Notes: a model not told the origin generated them from the sequence alone. A stretch of 46,757 nucleotides of DNA from Nanobdellati archaeon (GCA_013152815.1 JAADFO010000063.1:1-46757), one strand, 5' to 3'; shown: positions 26,559 to 36,639, numbered from the stretch's first letter. Translations and numbers: made by a program.

Positions 26559-27902
26559 ATGACTGCGACATTGACCAAGGAAGATGTGCTGAGACGCGTT
26601 ACAGAAGACAATGTTAAATTCATCAACCTGCAGTTCACCGACATCCATGGCATGGTGAAGAATGTCACCATCCCTGTCGGCCAGCTGGAGAAGAGCCTGA
26701 CCCAGGGGACCTGGTTCGACGGATCCTCCATCGAAGGGTTCACCCGGATCCAGGAGAGCGACCAGCTGCTCAGGCCGGATCCCTCGACCTATGCGGTCAT
26801 CCCCTGGATGGACAGTGAAGAGCGCTCGGCAAGGCTCATCTGCGACATCTACATGCCTGACGGCAAGCCCTTCGAGGGCGACCCGCGATATATCCTCAAA
26901 CGGGCGCTCGCAAAGGCGAAGAGCATGGGCTATAAGTACTACACCGGCCCTGAACTAGAATTCTTCCTCTTCAGGAAAGATAATGGTCACGTGGAGCCTC
27001 TTCCCCACGACAGAGGAAGCTACTTCGACCTCTCCCTCGACAACGCCTATGAGGTAAGACAGGAGATGATGATGGCTCTCGAGAAGTTCGGCATAGAGGT
27101 TGAAGCATCGCATCATGAGGTCGCAGCAGGCCAGCATGAGATAGACTTCAAGTACGACGATGCGCTGCGCACAGCAGACAACGCGGTGACGCTCAAGGCG
27201 ACGTTCAAGGCCATCGCCCAGCGGCATGGTCTCCATATAACGTTCATGCCCAAGCCCATCGCGGGCGTCAACGGTTCGGGCATGCATGTGCACCAGTCGC
27301 TCTGGGATATAAAAGAAGACAGGAACGCCTTCTACGATGCGAAGGACCCCTACCGCCTCTCCTCTGTCGCGAAGTCTTTCATCGCCGGACAGTTGAGCCA
27401 TATCAAGGAGATCGCCGCGGTGACGAATCCGCTGGTCAATTCCTACAAACGTCTTGTTCCGGGCTATGAAGCCTCAACCTATATCTGCTGGGCCCAGAGG
27501 AACCGGACCGCCCTGATACGCATCCCCAAGATCATAGAAGGGAAAGGCAACGCTGCCCGTGCTGAGATACGCTGTCCTGATCCCGCGTCCAACCCCTACC
27601 TCGTCTTTGCCCTGCTCCTGGAGGCAGGACTCAAGGGGATCCGGGAATCGGCCATACCACCTGAACCGGCGGAAGAGGACGTCTTTGAATACACCGATGA
27701 AATGCTCAGGAAGAAGGGGATAGACTACCTTCCCTATTCGCTCTGGCAGGCCATCGAGAAGATGTCGGCAAGTGAACTGGCCAAGCAGACGCTGGGAGAA
27801 CATACCTTCGGAAGATATCTGGCGGCCAAGACCCAGGAATGGGACGCTTTCCGGGTCAGCGTGACAGATTGGGAGAAGGAGCGATACCTGGAGCTCTATT
27901 GA
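26559..27902 (+). CDS. glnA: Glutamine synthetase type I
   Basis: FDGSSIEGF, GPELEFFLF, HHEVAAGQHEI, FMPKPIAGVNGSGMHVHQSL, SYKRLVPGYEA, EIRCPDPASNPYL. Confidence 0.98.
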   Translation: MTATLTKEDVLRRVTEDNVKFINLQFTDIHGMVKNVTIPVGQLEKSLTQGTWFDGSSIEGFTRIQESDQLLRPDPSTYAVIPWMDSEERSARLICDIYMPDGKPFEGDPRYILKRALAKAKSMGYKYYTGPELEFFLFRKDNGHVEPLPHDRGSYFDLSLDNAYEVRQEMMMALEKFGIEVEASHHEVAAGQHEIDFKYDDALRTADNAVTLKATFKAIAQRHGLHITFMPKPIAGVNGSGMHVHQSLWDIKEDRNAFYDAKDPYRLSSVAKSFIAGQLSHIKEIAAVTNPLVNSYKRLVPGYEASTYICWAQRNRTALIRIPKIIEGKGNAARAEIRCPDPASNPYLVFALLLEAGLKGIRESAIPPEPAEEDVFEYTDEMLRKKGIDYLPYSLWQAIEKMSASELAKQTLGEHTFGRYLAAKTQEWDAFRVSVTDWEKERYLELY

Positions 27903-27998
27903 CAGCATCCCTGTCCTTTCCTGTCCGCCTGGGAAAGGCGGTCGTGCGGTTCCTTTTTCAGAGGAAAGCTATATATTGCACGCCATCTTCAGGACGGC

Positions 27999-28721
27999 AT
28001 GCCTGATTCCATGTCCGACCGCTACGCACGTCAGGAGGCGCTCCCTGCCATCGGGAAAGCAGGCCAGAAAAAACTTGGGGAAGCAACCGTCACGATCGTC
28101 GGTCTTGGCGCCATCGGAAGCCATGCTGCAGAGCTTCTCCTTCGTGCAGGTGTGCATAACCTCATCCTCATCGATGATGATATGGTCGAGCTCTCCAATC
28201 TCCAGCGGCAGGCGCTCTATACCGAGAAGGACATCGGCCTCATGAAGGCTGATGCGATTGCCCGTCATCTGCAGGCGATCGACGGCAAGGCCAGGCTCGG
28301 CATCCATACAAAAAGGATGGACGAAGGGAACATGGATTCATTGCTGCCGTCAATGGGCAGGGACGCAGGCAGGGTCGTCCTCGACTGCACCGACAACCTC
28401 GAGACAAGATACCTCATCGACGCCCGCTGCAAGAGCAAGAACATCCCCTGGGTGCATGCCGCCTGCGTCGGCTGGTGGGGCGAGGTGAAAGTCTTCCCTT
28501 CCTTCTCATCTTCTGTCCGGCAGAAGACCTATCAGGACATCTTCCCGGACAAGAAGACGCCTCTGGGCTGTGTCGATGCCGGTGTCCTCAACCATGCTGT
28601 GGCTATGACCGCGGCCATCCAGGTCGGCGAGACGGTCAAGCTCATCCTCGGAGAGCCACCCACAGAAGAGCTGATGCGCATCAATGCATGGAAGCATACT
28701 ATCGAGAAGATACGGGTCTAG
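27999..28721 (+). CDS. ThiF/MoeB-family E1-like enzyme (UbaA-like), zinc motifs absent
   Basis: RYARQ, GLGAIG, DDDMVELSNLQRQ, DCTDN, LGCVDAGVL catalytic-loop Cys. Confidence 0.92.
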   Translation: MPDSMSDRYARQEALPAIGKAGQKKLGEATVTIVGLGAIGSHAAELLLRAGVHNLILIDDDMVELSNLQRQALYTEKDIGLMKADAIARHLQAIDGKARLGIHTKRMDEGNMDSLLPSMGRDAGRVVLDCTDNLETRYLIDARCKSKNIPWVHAACVGWWGEVKVFPSFSSSVRQKTYQDIFPDKKTPLGCVDAGVLNHAVAMTAAIQVGETVKLILGEPPTEELMRINAWKHTIEKIRV

Positions 28722-30106
28722 TCAGGATTCCTGAGTCCGGGTCCGGTCGCTTTCCTGATGAGCTCTTCGAATTGCTGTTCGTCCATGATGCCGTTCTCCA
28801 GGACCAGCTCTCTCAATGTCTTTCCCTGCTCCTGCTCTTGCTTCACCAACTCGGCGACCTTGTCATAGCCAAGGAGCGGGTTGAGTATGGTCGCGAGGCC
28901 GGCGCTCGTCTCAAGATGCTTCCTGCATCTCTCTTCATCTGCTTTGATGCCCGTGATGCACTTCTTTCCGAGGCTCTGCGACGCCTTTGTCAGAAGGCCG
29001 ATGGTCTTCAGGATGTTCCTCCCTACCAACGGCATATGGGTGTTGAGCTCCAGCTGTCCTGCGCCTGCCGCAAGGACGATCGCATGGTCCAGTCCCTGCA
29101 CCTGCATGCAGGCCATGATGACGCTCTCGCAGATGCTCGGATTGACTTTCCCGGGCATGATGGACGAGCCCGGTTCCACCGGCGGCAGAATGATCTCATG
29201 GAATCCGGCATGGGGGCCGGACGAGAGCAGCCGCAGGTCGTTGCAGACCTTCTGCAGGTCAAGGGCGAGCATCTTCAGCATCGCTGAGAATGCTGCCAGG
29301 TCGGTGAGCGATTGGGTCATCTCCACACCGTCGACGGCTATCTGGTACGGCAGCTTCGTAAGGGCTTTGAGCTCCTCGATGATCCTCTGCCTGAAGCCTT
29401 CCTTGGTGTTGAGGCCGGTGCCGACGGCGTTGCCTCCCACTCCCAGTTCCAGGAGCCGTTTCCTCGCTTCCTCGACACGACCGAGGTCCTTCTCGAGCAT
29501 GCGGGCATAGGCGTCGAATTCCTGGCCCAGGGTGATTGGCACTGCATCCTGCAGGTGGGTCCTTGCTGCCTTGATGATGCCTTTGAACGCTGCTCCCTTT
29601 TTCCGGAATTCCAGGATGAGCGACTGCAACTGTTCAAGAAGATTGAACGAGGATTCATAGGCTGCCATCCTGATGGCTGAAGGGACGATGTTGTTCGAGC
29701 TCTGCCCCCTATTCACGTCGTCATTCGGATGGACGAGCTTCTTCTCACCCCGCCGTCCGCCGAGCTTCTCTGCTGCAAGGTTCGCGATGACCTCGTTGAC
29801 GTTCATGTGAGAAGACGTTCCGGATCCTGCCTGGTAAGTATCTATCCTGAAGGAACGGTCCCATCTTCCTGAACTGACTTCCTTGGCAGCCTCTTCGATG
29901 GCACGGGCCTTCTCCTCATCCATGTCTCCCGAGGCGGCGTTGGCCCTGGCGCAGGCCTGCTTCAGCCGTGCCATGGCATGGACGATGGGCAAAGGAAAGG
30001 GCTCTTCTCCGATGCCGAAATTCTCCAATGACCTCTGCGTGTGGATGCTGTAGAGCGCATCATCTGGCAGATCCTTCGTCCCGAGCGAATCCTTCTCTGT
30101 TCTCAT
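28718..30106 (-). CDS. fumC: Class II fumarate hydratase / aspartate ammonia-lyase family enzyme
   Basis: MRTEKDSLG start, GSGTSSHMNVNEV, HPNDDVN, RTHLQDAVP, GSSIMPGKVNP. Divergent mdh favours fumarase, but AspA is not excluded. Confidence 0.8.
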   Translation of the reverse strand: MRTEKDSLGTKDLPDDALYSIHTQRSLENFGIGEEPFPLPIVHAMARLKQACARANAASGDMDEEKARAIEEAAKEVSSGRWDRSFRIDTYQAGSGTSSHMNVNEVIANLAAEKLGGRRGEKKLVHPNDDVNRGQSSNNIVPSAIRMAAYESSFNLLEQLQSLILEFRKKGAAFKGIIKAARTHLQDAVPITLGQEFDAYARMLEKDLGRVEEARKRLLELGVGGNAVGTGLNTKEGFRQRIIEELKALTKLPYQIAVDGVEMTQSLTDLAAFSAMLKMLALDLQKVCNDLRLLSSGPHAGFHEIILPPVEPGSSIMPGKVNPSICESVIMACMQVQGLDHAIVLAAGAGQLELNTHMPLVGRNILKTIGLLTKASQSLGKKCITGIKADEERCRKHLETSAGLATILNPLLGYDKVAELVKQEQEQGKTLRELVLENGIMDEQQFEELIRKATGPGLRNPD

Positions 30107-30184
30107 GGCCTTCTGGAAAGCAAAGACATTTTTAACACTATCGCATGGGAAAAGCATTAAAACAAGGAAGTCTGCCATCCCTCC

Positions 30185-31117
30185 ATGCCCAAGGTGACCA
30201 TCCTCGGAGCAGGGAACGTCGGTGCCACTGCTGCCCATCTCATCCTCCTGAAAGGGCTTGCCGATGTTGTCCTGCTGGACATCGTCCCGGGCATACCCCG
30301 GGGAAAGGCCCTCGACATGCTCGAGAGCATGCCTGTCGAAGGGAAGAACGTCTCGGTCAAAGGGACCGATTCCTACGCAGACACGGCCGATTCTGACATC
30401 GTCATCATCACCGCAGGTCTTCCCCGAAAACCCGGCATGAGCAGGGATGAGCTCCTTGAAAAGAATGCTGCCATCATGAAGGGCTGCGTCGAGCAGGTCA
30501 AGGTGACCTCGCCGAAGGCCATCCTCATCATCGTCTCCAACCCTCTTGACGCCATGGTCTCTGTCGCTTCAGAGGTCTCCGGGTTCCCGAAGAGGAGAAT
30601 CCTGGGCATGGCAGGCATCCTCGATACGGCAAGGTTCAAGACCTTCATCGCCGAGACTCTGGAGGTGTCGGTCAACCAGATCGATGCCCTCGTCCTGGGC
30701 GGACATGGCGATGACATGGTGCCGCTCATCTCAAAGACGACCGTCGCCGGGAAACCCATCATCCAATGCCTCTCTCCGGAGGAGATCGGCCGGCTGGTCC
30801 AGCGGACGAGGCAGGGAGGCATGGAGATCGTCAACCATCTCAAGACCGGCTCTGCCTATTATGCTCCGGCATCTTCGGTGGTCGCCATGGTCGATGCCAT
30901 CCTCAGAGACAAAAAACAGCTGCTTCCTGTCGCTGCCTATTGCGACAAGGAATTCGGTGTCGGCGGATACTTCATCGGTGTCCCTGCTGTCATCGGTGCG
31001 GCCGGGGTGGAGGACATCATCGAAGTGTCCCTCTCAGAAGAGGAGCAGCAGCAGTTCGAGAAGACGAAAGAACATGTCAGGGAGCTCGTCAGGAAGGTCA
31101 GATCCTTGTCGAGATGA
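30185..31117 (+). CDS. mdh: Malate dehydrogenase (LDH-like)
   Basis: GAGNVG, TAGLPRKPGMSRDEL (Arg specificity residue), LDTAR, LGGHGD. Confidence 0.95.
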   Translation: MPKVTILGAGNVGATAAHLILLKGLADVVLLDIVPGIPRGKALDMLESMPVEGKNVSVKGTDSYADTADSDIVIITAGLPRKPGMSRDELLEKNAAIMKGCVEQVKVTSPKAILIIVSNPLDAMVSVASEVSGFPKRRILGMAGILDTARFKTFIAETLEVSVNQIDALVLGGHGDDMVPLISKTTVAGKPIIQCLSPEEIGRLVQRTRQGGMEIVNHLKTGSAYYAPASSVVAMVDAILRDKKQLLPVAAYCDKEFGVGGYFIGVPAVIGAAGVEDIIEVSLSEEEQQQFEKTKEHVRELVRKVRSLSR

Positions 31118-31541
31118 TCATCTTTAATCGCCTATGCATATTCTTCAGGAACGTCAGGGCCTTTGTCGCATACTCAACATCATATGATCTGCCATGGCGT
31201 TTTATCTGATCCTGATGGTATCGCAGATCGTCCATGAAAACAGCGTCTGCATAGGAGAACTGCAGCTCAAGGAGATAGCTCACCTCTGCTTCGTGTGATG
31301 CACCGTCTGGACTGTTGTATCCTTCCATGTGGAGGATTGCTCTGATGAGTTCTATGAGAACATCATAGGCCTGCTCAATGCAATAATTTGCATTCAATTC
31401 GCTCACGCCTGTCTTTCTCAGTATGATGTCAAGAAAGGTCTTCCTTTTTTCAGCCTCTTGCATCAGCGATCTTGCCCGTGAGAAATCAGGAGAGCTCTTC
31501 CTCATCGCTCCTTTCTTCAGATGCGCTGCAAAACGTTTCAC
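31098..31541 (-). CDS. Orphan HEPN-like protein with a degenerate motif
   Basis: PDFSRARSL, AYDVLIELIRAIL..EGY, ASHEAEVSYL, DDLRYHQDQIKRHG; GTG start inferred; no adjacent MNT gene. Confidence 0.65.
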   Translation of the reverse strand: MKRFAAHLKKGAMRKSSPDFSRARSLMQEAEKRKTFLDIILRKTGVSELNANYCIEQAYDVLIELIRAILHMEGYNSPDGASHEAEVSYLLELQFSYADAVFMDDLRYHQDQIKRHGRSYDVEYATKALTFLKNMHRRLKMIISTRI

Positions 31542-32006
31542 AGGTGTGTTCCCCCAGGCAAGACAATCCCTCAAGGCAAAATCCCTTCAAGGATGTTCTC
31601 TCTGAGGTGTTTATGGATGCTCTTCATGTTTTCGTAGAACTATGCGGAACTGTTACGCTCGTGTTGTGGTCTGTATGGTCTTATCCGAAGCCTTTTCTGT
31701 CCCTTCCTGTGGCTGTCAGGCCATATCCGGATCCATCGTATCCTCTCCGCGTGAATAGCTGCCGAACAGAGTGATGGTCGCTCCCGGAAGCGCGTGTTCC
31801 AGATAATCGATATGTCCGATACATGGGAAAGCCGCAGGATCCAGGCACCTCACGCTCTTTTCTCCCCGTCATCGCTGCAAGCGTGTCCGGCACCCGGGCA
31901 GGTCATCTTCCTATCGCTTTCTGCCCTGTCGCCCAATGACGCGGCTCATCATGATAGGTATCGGTCTCACGTCCGTCGCTTAACGACGATCATAACGTCA
32001 TAACGA

Positions 32007-32945
32007 TCATACGATCCCTTTTTCGCGAAGTTCGCGATAGAATGAAAGATTGACGATCTCCTCCTGGATATCCACCAGCAGATTGAAGACCTCTTCCAGA
32101 CCTTCTGCAAGCGCATGCTCTTTGCCTTTCCGTAACGAGACAAGCTGCCTCCCGAAGAGACCTTGGTCTGCCTTCACAAAACCAGGACCCAGACCCCTGA
32201 GCAGATGCTTTATGGTACGACGGAATTCTTCCTGCAGGAACAGGACGGTCTTCTTTGCCTTCTGGAAGGGCAGCCTGGTCTCGGCGAGGTCCTCGATCAG
32301 GTCGTGCACATTCTCCAGTTTCTTCGCGATCAGCACGTAGGACGGTGCATCATGGTTTCTTCCGATCTTCGAGCTTGCCAGCATCGAAGGCTCCAGGAGC
32401 GCAAGAGAGATGAGCTTCATCGCGAGATGGAACAGCCTATCCACCTCTCGTTCATTGGTCTTGATCTCAGACAGGTCGGTCCCTTCCAGGAGTGCGGTGA
32501 ATGAAAGGTTGATGACCAGGCTGATGCGGAAGAGCACCTGGGGAAGATCGCTCTTGGAAAGGTCGAGCAGGCTCGTTATGGTCAGGCTTCTCTCATCCTC
32601 ATAGCTGATCTCTGTCCCGCTCATATGACGCAGGGTCTCTCTTATCCGTTGCTTGATCTCAGCAGGGATCCGTTCCCGATGCTTGATATGGATTGTCCGG
32701 ATGCCAACATAATAGATGGCAAAGAGCACCTGGTCGATGGACTCCCTGTGGGTTTCGATGTCGAGCGTGATCTCTTCCGGCGTGACCTGAGGCTCTTGGC
32801 CGACAAAGAGACGCAACGACCCATCTCTCTGCTCGTCGATCAGCACTTCTTTCCCTTTCTCGAGCTTCTGGCTGAACACCCATCGTTTCGGAAGAGACAC
32901 CGAATAGGTGCTTCCTGCGATGAGCTGGATCTTTCGGCGATGCAT
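32007..32945 (-). CDS. AbrB-PhoU phosphate uptake regulator-like protein
   Basis: RKIQLIAGSTYSVSLPKRWV AbrB domain, YYVG, EREVDRLF, KKLENVHD PhoU-like helices. Confidence 0.85.
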   Translation of the reverse strand: MHRRKIQLIAGSTYSVSLPKRWVFSQKLEKGKEVLIDEQRDGSLRLFVGQEPQVTPEEITLDIETHRESIDQVLFAIYYVGIRTIHIKHRERIPAEIKQRIRETLRHMSGTEISYEDERSLTITSLLDLSKSDLPQVLFRISLVINLSFTALLEGTDLSEIKTNEREVDRLFHLAMKLISLALLEPSMLASSKIGRNHDAPSYVLIAKKLENVHDLIEDLAETRLPFQKAKKTVLFLQEEFRRTIKHLLRGLGPGFVKADQGLFGRQLVSLRKGKEHALAEGLEEVFNLLVDIQEEIVNLSFYRELREKGIV

Positions 32946-33079
32946 CCTGTGAAGAAAGCATCAGGACTATATAAATTAATCGTGAACTATATAGTCTATG
33001 TACTGAAATTATATATCTTGTGCTGCCTACCTTCTGGGAGAAGAGAAAAAACGAAAGAAGAAAAGAGGAGGTGAACATC

Positions 33080-33166
33080 ATGGAAGATATATTCAGAAAC
33101 ACCCGAGAGCCCTGGTTCGACGACTGGTTCTTTCCAGGACCCGAGGACGACCTGAGCGATAAATAA
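33080..33166 (+). CDS. Putative 28-aa small protein MEDIFRNTREPWFDDWFFPGPEDDLSDK
   Basis: Perfect AGGAGGTGA RBS 6 nt before ATG; TATA-like tract at ~33008; below the ORF-track cutoff. Confidence 0.45.
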   Translation: MEDIFRNTREPWFDDWFFPGPEDDLSDK

Positions 33167-33186
33167 TCGGCAAAGGCGGCAACAAT

Positions 33187-33495
33187 GTGCATACAGCGAC
33201 AAAACCATCGATATTGATCGTGAACCTGCAGGAAGGACACGAGTCCATGACCTATGAACAGGGAACGCTTACCGGAGGGATTGCAAGGATGCGCCCGATC
33301 ATGGCCTGTGCCTCAGAAGAGGGTCATCGGATCGTCTTCCTGAACAGATACAGGAAAGGACAACCGTTCGACATGCTTCCTGAGGCAGCAGGAGAGGATC
33401 CCTGTGTGATCGAGACCCTGAAGCTCCCCTGCCCGGGATAATAAACCCTTTGAGATATTCTGGGCACCGACTACTGCACAGTCGATATGCTGTAG
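33187..33495 (+). pseudogene. Degraded isochorismatase/cysteine-hydrolase-family gene
   Basis: N-terminal SILIVNLQEG...ASEEGHRIVF resembles the family start; after three in-frame stops (33439, 33442, 33451) the same frame reads LGTDYCTV, like the catalytic TDxC motif. Confidence 0.55.
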
Positions 33496-33523
33496 CTGAT
33501 AAGACCGTTGAACGAAGAAAGAC

Positions 33524-36028
33524 TCAGCCCATATAACTGGGCTTCTCCTCCTGCATCTGTTTCGCCTTTGCCTGTCTGAAGAAGTTCTCGAGCTGCTTGT
33601 AGTTTTCGATGATATCCTTGGATACGGATGGTTTGACTATCTCCCTGGCCTTGTCGAAATGCTTCTTTGAAATCTTCTTGGCCTTGATGTCATCCCGAAG
33701 GGCCATGATGGCCGCTTCTCTGGTCATCCCCTCGATGTCTGCTCCGACATAGCCTTCGGTGATCTCAGCGAGTTTCATCAGGTCCACGTCATTGTCCAGA
33801 GGCATCTTCTTTGTATGGATATCGAAGATCTTCTTCCGGGCAACGGCATCGGGGACCGTACACATGATGATCCTGTCGAACCGTCCTGGTCTCAAAAGGG
33901 CTGTATCCAGGATGTCTGGCCTGTTGGTGGCAGCGAGGACGACGATGTCGTTCATCTCGGTGAGGCCGTCCATCTCGGTGAGCAGCTGGTTGACGACCCT
34001 CTCTCCCACCCGATTGTCGCCTTCCATGCCTCTTCGGGCCGCGATGGAGTCTATCTCGTCGAAGAAGACGATGGCTGGTGAAGCCTGTCGTGCCTTGTCG
34101 AAGATCTTCCTGATGCCTTTCTCAGACTCGCCGACCCATTTGGAGATGAGCTCAGGCCCTTTGACCAGGATGAAGTTTGCTTCTGACTCGTTGGCGACGG
34201 CCTTGGCGAGCAGGGTCTTCCCGGTTCCCGGAGGTCCGTAGAGCAGGATGCCCTTGGGGGGTGTCACGCCCATCCGGGTGAATGCCTCAGGGTTGGAGAT
34301 GGGCCACTCGACCGCTTCCATGAGGCTCTGCTTCACGTCGGCAAGTCCGCCGATCATGTCCCAGGTCACGTTGGGCCTCTCGATGAGCACCTCCCGCAGC
34401 GCAGAGGGCCTGACGACCTTGAGCGATTCGATGAAATCCTTATGGGTGATGATGAGCTTCTCAAGCGTTTCTTTGGGGATGGGCTCGTCTTCCTTGAGCT
34501 TGAGGTCAGGGAGTATCCTCCGAAGGACGATCATCGCGGCCTCCTTGGCCAGGGCAGAGAGGTCGGCTCCCACGAAGCCGTGGGTACGATGGGCGAGTTC
34601 GTCCAGGTTGACGATTCTTTTGTTGTCGGCCAGCCTGTGCCAGTACTTATAGAGTTTCTCAGAATCGATCTGCTTGAAGAAGTCATTCTTCTCTGGATTT
34701 GACTTCAGGTATTTGGAGACAGCGTTCGTGATGCTTTTCTTTGATGCCTTGCCGTTGGCGTCCATGAATGACATGATGTTCATCATCGCTTCCTTATATG
34801 CCTCTTCGATGTCTGTGGCATCCTTGATGGCCTGGGCGAAGGAGTAGAGCGGCATATAACGGGTATGGATCTGGAGGATGGAATGCCGTCCCTTCATCGA
34901 GGGGACGCCTATCTCGACCTCCCGGTCGAACCGGCCAGGCCGGCGCAGTGCGGGATCAAGAGAGTTCGGGATGTTGGTGGCTGCGATCACCACCACTTTT
35001 CCACGGGACTTGAGCCCGTCCATGATGGCGAGCAGCTGTGCCACCACTCTCCGTTCCACCTCGCCATGGGCTTCTTCCCGTTTGGAGGCGATGGCGTCCA
35101 CTTCGTCGATGAAGATGATGGCCGGAGCGTTCTTCTCTGCCTCTTCGAACTTCTTCCGGAGGTTCTCTTCGGACTGGCCGTAGTACTTGGACATGATCTC
35201 CGGACCGTTGATGACGATGAAATGGGAATTGGTCTCGTTGGCGACGGCCTTGGCGAGCAGGGTCTTCCCTGTCCCGGGGGGTCCATGGAGCAACACCCCT
35301 TTCGGTGCGTCGATGCCCATGCGCTCGAAGAGTTCAGGATGCTTCAGCGGCAGTTCGACCATCTCCCTTATCTTGGTGATCTCCTCCTGAAGGCCCCCGA
35401 TGTCCTCATAGGTGACTTCCAGGATCTTGTGGTCGTCGATCTCCACCGCTTCCGGGTTGAATTCCACCTCGGTGAGCTCAGAGATGAGCACGGCATCGCC
35501 GGGTGTGGTGTCTGCGACGATGAACTTGATGTCGCCGAAACCCAGCCCCACCATGTCATCATCGATGATGTTGAAGATGTCGTTGAAGAACGGGCTCTGG
35601 GACATCGTGTTCCTTCTTCGCCGGGTGCCTCCCAGAGAGACGATGTCGCCCTTGACGACTGCCCTTCCCAGAAGTCCCTGCTTGAAGATGTTGGACGATG
35701 CCCGTATCATGATCCCTTTGGATGCAGGGCCGATCTTGATCCTCTTGGCCTCTTTCACTTCTGCTTTCCTGATGGTGACGTTCTCTCCGATGCCGGTCTT
35801 GGCGTTCCTCCTGATGATGCCGTCGGTGCGGATGATGCTCAGGCCGATATCACCCGGGTAGGCACGGTCCACGATGCCCACGGTCTTCCGCTGGCCTTCG
35901 ATCTCGACGATGTCCCCCGGCCGTACATCTATCTCCTTCATGAATGCAGTGTCGATGCGGACGATGCCCTTGTTCACATCATCCTGGATGGCCTCGGCGA
36001 CCTTGAGTCTTATCTCTTGTCTTCCCAT
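33524..36028 (-). CDS. cdc48: Cdc48/VAT AAA+ ATPase with a helical insertion after D1
   Basis: N-domain plus two GPPGTGKT Walker A, DEVD/DEID Walker B, RPGRFD; C-terminal PSYMG HbYX-like tail. Confidence 0.97.
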   Translation of the reverse strand: MGRQEIRLKVAEAIQDDVNKGIVRIDTAFMKEIDVRPGDIVEIEGQRKTVGIVDRAYPGDIGLSIIRTDGIIRRNAKTGIGENVTIRKAEVKEAKRIKIGPASKGIMIRASSNIFKQGLLGRAVVKGDIVSLGGTRRRRNTMSQSPFFNDIFNIIDDDMVGLGFGDIKFIVADTTPGDAVLISELTEVEFNPEAVEIDDHKILEVTYEDIGGLQEEITKIREMVELPLKHPELFERMGIDAPKGVLLHGPPGTGKTLLAKAVANETNSHFIVINGPEIMSKYYGQSEENLRKKFEEAEKNAPAIIFIDEVDAIASKREEAHGEVERRVVAQLLAIMDGLKSRGKVVVIAATNIPNSLDPALRRPGRFDREVEIGVPSMKGRHSILQIHTRYMPLYSFAQAIKDATDIEEAYKEAMMNIMSFMDANGKASKKSITNAVSKYLKSNPEKNDFFKQIDSEKLYKYWHRLADNKRIVNLDELAHRTHGFVGADLSALAKEAAMIVLRRILPDLKLKEDEPIPKETLEKLIITHKDFIESLKVVRPSALREVLIERPNVTWDMIGGLADVKQSLMEAVEWPISNPEAFTRMGVTPPKGILLYGPPGTGKTLLAKAVANESEANFILVKGPELISKWVGESEKGIRKIFDKARQASPAIVFFDEIDSIAARRGMEGDNRVGERVVNQLLTEMDGLTEMNDIVVLAATNRPDILDTALLRPGRFDRIIMCTVPDAVARKKIFDIHTKKMPLDNDVDLMKLAEITEGYVGADIEGMTREAAIMALRDDIKAKKISKKHFDKAREIVKPSVSKDIIENYKQLENFFRQAKAKQMQEEKPSYMG

Positions 36029-36213
36029 GGGGTTTCAGCTCCTGTGCATGGTCAAATATTCATAAATATTGCGGTTTTTACGGGCATCGTCCTTTGCCCC
36101 TCCTTTTCACATATCTTCCTCTCATCTGAACCGATGCCGAAAAGGAACACAGAGAAAGGAGAACGTCCATAGCTCAGCAGAGGGTTATCGCCGCAGAGCT
36201 ATCCCTCAGCAGA

Positions 36214-36639
36214 TCATTTCTTCTTGCCGGCCCCTTCCATGTTCACCTTGGGCATGGGGATCGGTGGCGGCAGGTTGACCTCTCTGCTCATCAGCAGGGC
36301 CTCGACGTTGCTCTTGGCAAGGACCGTATTGAGGATGGCTGTCATCTCTTCAGAGGGCACCTGCTTATCCTTCTTCCAGGCGTCGAGGATCCTCTTGGTG
36401 CGTGCCTTGTCGCCGATGAAGAGCACATCCCCTCCCAGCTCGATGTTGCCCACATCAGGATCATAGGTCGATGTGAAGAGGAAGACATATCTCAGGCCTT
36501 CCTGCTTGGCGTCCCCCAGCGAGAGGTCTGCCTTATGGACGTCCTTGATGGAGACGTTGTTGGAGATGTTGATCTTTCCCTTGAGCGGGGTCTTCTTCTC
36601 GACATGGATCTTGGTAAAGTTAAAGCCTACGATGGTCAT
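36214..36639 (-). CDS. Conserved-looking archaeal hypothetical protein, possibly SecB-like fold
   Basis: Four beta-strand-like segments then a long helix and VNLPPPIPMP tail; GGCGGTGA RBS and TATA upstream. Confidence 0.7.
   Translation of the reverse strand: MTIVGFNFTKIHVEKKTPLKGKINISNNVSIKDVHKADLSLGDAKQEGLRYVFLFTSTYDPDVGNIELGGDVLFIGDKARTKRILDAWKKDKQVPSEEMTAILNTVLAKSNVEALLMSREVNLPPPIPMPKVNMEGAGKKK

Noticed and set aside
27999..28721. Single-domain ThiF as part of the Ubl-E2-E1 system
   Set aside because: It lies 15 kb away among metabolic genes and has an ordinary UbaA/MoeB-type architecture
31580..32000. Short ORFs between the HEPN-like and PhoU-like genes
   Set aside because: Atypical composition and no motifs; cannot support a call
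34613..34846. Cdc48 insertion as an intein
   Set aside because: Too short, with no terminal His-Asn followed by Cys/Ser/Thr and no splicing blocks
34865..36172. 435-aa plus-strand ORF, and similar long antisense ORFs such as 11597-12685, 17344-18468 and 19862-20905
   Set aside because: Shadow frames of well-supported genes in GC-rich sequence; no recognisable motifs
36165..36215. TAGCTCAG tRNA-like start upstream of cdc48
   Set aside because: No T-arm or acceptor stem can be formed
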